Assembly: GCA_036785375.1 (NCBI GenBank) | Contig: JAWMAR010000508.1 | Location: 1,302,001 to 1,366,000, forward strand | DNA: 64,000 nt | Reading direction: 5' to 3' | From: Leucoraja ocellata | Lineage: Eukaryota | Shown: positions 62,130 through 64,000 of the stretch, piece after piece | Numbering within the stretch: position 1 is the stretch's first letter | Layout: every line of letters starts with the position of its first letter | The notes under the pieces: generated by a model | Databases searched by the model: none | Told to the model about the DNA's origin: nothing | Seen by the model: only the letters and a program-made list of their open reading frames with translations | Program-made: the position numbers and the translations under genes

Positions 62130-62169
62130 ATGATCGGGCGATCGTTCTTCCTCCTCTCCCTTCTCCAAG
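62130..62169 (+). CDS. Siglec-like gene 2: signal-peptide exon (exon starts at 62096); rest of the gene lies beyond the window
   Basis: MIGRSFFLLSLLQ, same splice sites as 4381-4454; flanks 62056-62350 align with 4350-4636. Confidence 0.85.
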
Positions 62170-62444
62170 GTACCATCAGCAGCAACTCGGAAGTGTTTAC
62201 GGGCAAGGAGGCTTTTAGTGGTTGGCTGCCAGTGACTAGCGGAGTTCCGCAGGGGTCGGTGCTGGGGCTGCTATGATCATTTCGCTGAACACCTTTGCTC
62301 AGTCTGCCTGGACCTACCTGATCTCCCGGTTGCCAAACACTTTAATTACCCGTCCCATTCTCACACTGACCTCTCTGTCCTAGGTCTCCTCTACTGTCAG
62401 AGTGGGGCTAAATGCAAATTGGAGGAACATCATCCCATATCCTT

Positions 62445-63025
62445 AAAGATTTATCCTTTATCCTTAAACTGTGACCCTCCTGTCCTGGACTTCCGCAACA
62501 TCGGGAACAATCTTCCTGCATCTAGCCTGTCCAACCCCTTAAGAATTTTGTAAGTTCCTATAAGATCCTCCCTCAATCTTCTAAATTCTAAAGCCCAGTC
62601 TATCCAGTCTTTCTTCATATGAAAGTCCTGACATCCCAGGAATCAGTCTGATGAACCTTCTCTGCACTCCCTCTATGGCAAGAATGTCTTTCCTCAGATT
62701 AGGAGGCCAAAACTGTACGCAATACTCCAGGTGTGGTCTCACCAAGACCCTGTACAACTGCAGTAGAACCTCCCTGCTCCTGTACTCAACTCCTCTTGTT
62801 ATGAAGGCCAACAGGCCAGAACTGCACACAATACTCCAGGTGTGGTCTCACCAAGACCCTGTACAACTGCAGAAGGACCTCTTTGCTCCTAGACTCAAAT
62901 CCTTTTGCTATGAATGCTAACATACCATTCGCTTTCTTCTCAGCCTGCTGCACCTGCATGCCTACCTTCAATGACTAGTGTACCATGACACCCAGGTCTC
63001 GTTGCATCTCCCCTTTTCCAAATTG
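62445..63025 (-). mobile_element. CR1-B fragments
   Basis: ORFs 62581-62829 and 62786-62971. Confidence 0.85.
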
Positions 63026-63279
63026 GTCACCGCAAAGATGCAAGCAACTGTTCAGGCAAAGCCCTCTTCCGCCTGGCACGGTGACTCGCGGATGGCCAGC
63101 TTGGCCAGGCCCAGGAGCAACCCAGCCAGGCCATCTTCGGCCCTGCCAACTACCTAGATCCCATCAACAGTCCTTCGGTCGCTGACAGCAGAGTCACTCC
63201 TCCCCCTATGGGCCCGAAGTGGAGAGGCGGTGCTCCTTGCCCTCCGGACCCTGGCCCCAGGGACACTCTACTGGTCCCT

Positions 63280-64000
63280 GGGAGTGACGCACTGTGGGAG
63301 GTGCGGTGAGGAGAAAGTGACGCACTGTGGGAGGGGGGTTGAGGAGAGAGTGACACACTGTGGGAGAGGGGGTGAGGAGGGAGTGAGACACTGTGGGGGG
63401 GGTTGAGGGTGGAGTGAAGCACTGTGGGAGGGGCGGTGAGGAGGGAGTGACGCACTGTGCGGGGTAGTGACGCAGTGTGGGGGGGGGTGAAGAGGGAGTT
63501 ACACACACTATGGCGGGGGGGTGAGGAGGGAGTGATGCACTGTGGGAGGGGTGGTGAGGGCCGCGTGACGCACTGTGGGGGGGGCAGTAACGAGTGACAC
63601 ACTGTGTGAGGGAGTGACGCACTGTTGTAGGGAGTGACACACACACTGTGGGAGGGGCAGTGATGAGGGAGTGACGAACTGTGGGGGGGCAGTGAGGAGG
63701 GAGTGATGCACTGTGGGAGGGAGTGATGCACTGTGGGGGGTGGTGAGGAGTGACATACTGTGGGAGGGAGTGATGCACTGTTGTAGGGAGTGACACACAC
63801 TGTGGGAGGGGGGTGAGGTGGGAGTGACGCACTGTGGTAGGGAGTGGCACTGTGGGAAGGGCAGTGAAGAGCGAGTGATGTACTGTGGGGGGGGGTGAGG
63901 AGGGAATGACACACACTGTGGGAGTGACACACTGTGTGAGGGGGGGAGGTGAAGAGGGAGTGACGGACTGTGTGAGGGGGGGGGTGAGGAGTGAGGCTCT
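63280..64000. repeat. G-rich minisatellite, paralogue of 7060-7768
   Basis: Units GGGAGTGA(C/T)(A/G)CACTGTG; same terminal sequence. Confidence 0.95.

Overview
Vertebrate genomic DNA, very probably a cartilaginous fish (skate/ray/shark). This is inferred from the CR1/HER1-type LINEs, HE1/V-SINE-like SINEs and Penelope fragments; no database was consulted. Most of the window is retroelement debris: two CR1 families, Rex1/Babar, L2, Tx1, a near-intact full-length L1, Penelope, DIRS, SINEs, and hAT-like and Tc1-like DNA elements. Within it lies one complete + strand Siglec/MAG/CD22-like gene: signal exon 4415-4454, V-set 8951-9317, C2 exons 12402-12695 and 19816-20097, TM 23284-23397, and a terminal exon 26911-26967 resembling the DAP12 ITAM exon. 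The start of a tandem paralogue follows (66-nt exon 34360-34425, signal exon 62130-62169, shared intron minisatellite). As assembled, the gene is damaged: two 1-bp deletions, a stop after the TM, and an apparently TE-disrupted cytoplasmic exon. Most notable observations: (1) a Siglec-like receptor with an apparently built-in DAP12-like ITAM; (2) a full-length L1 flanked by a 4.4/5.9-kb direct repeat that behaves like a giant target-site duplication; (3) a TTTAAAC -1 frameshift heptamer at the CR1 ORF1/ORF2 junction; (4) a group of divergent GC-rich non-coding retroposons sharing two covarying hairpins but carrying different LINE tails. TE boundaries are approximate (about +/-20 bp); exon boundaries were read from splice sites.
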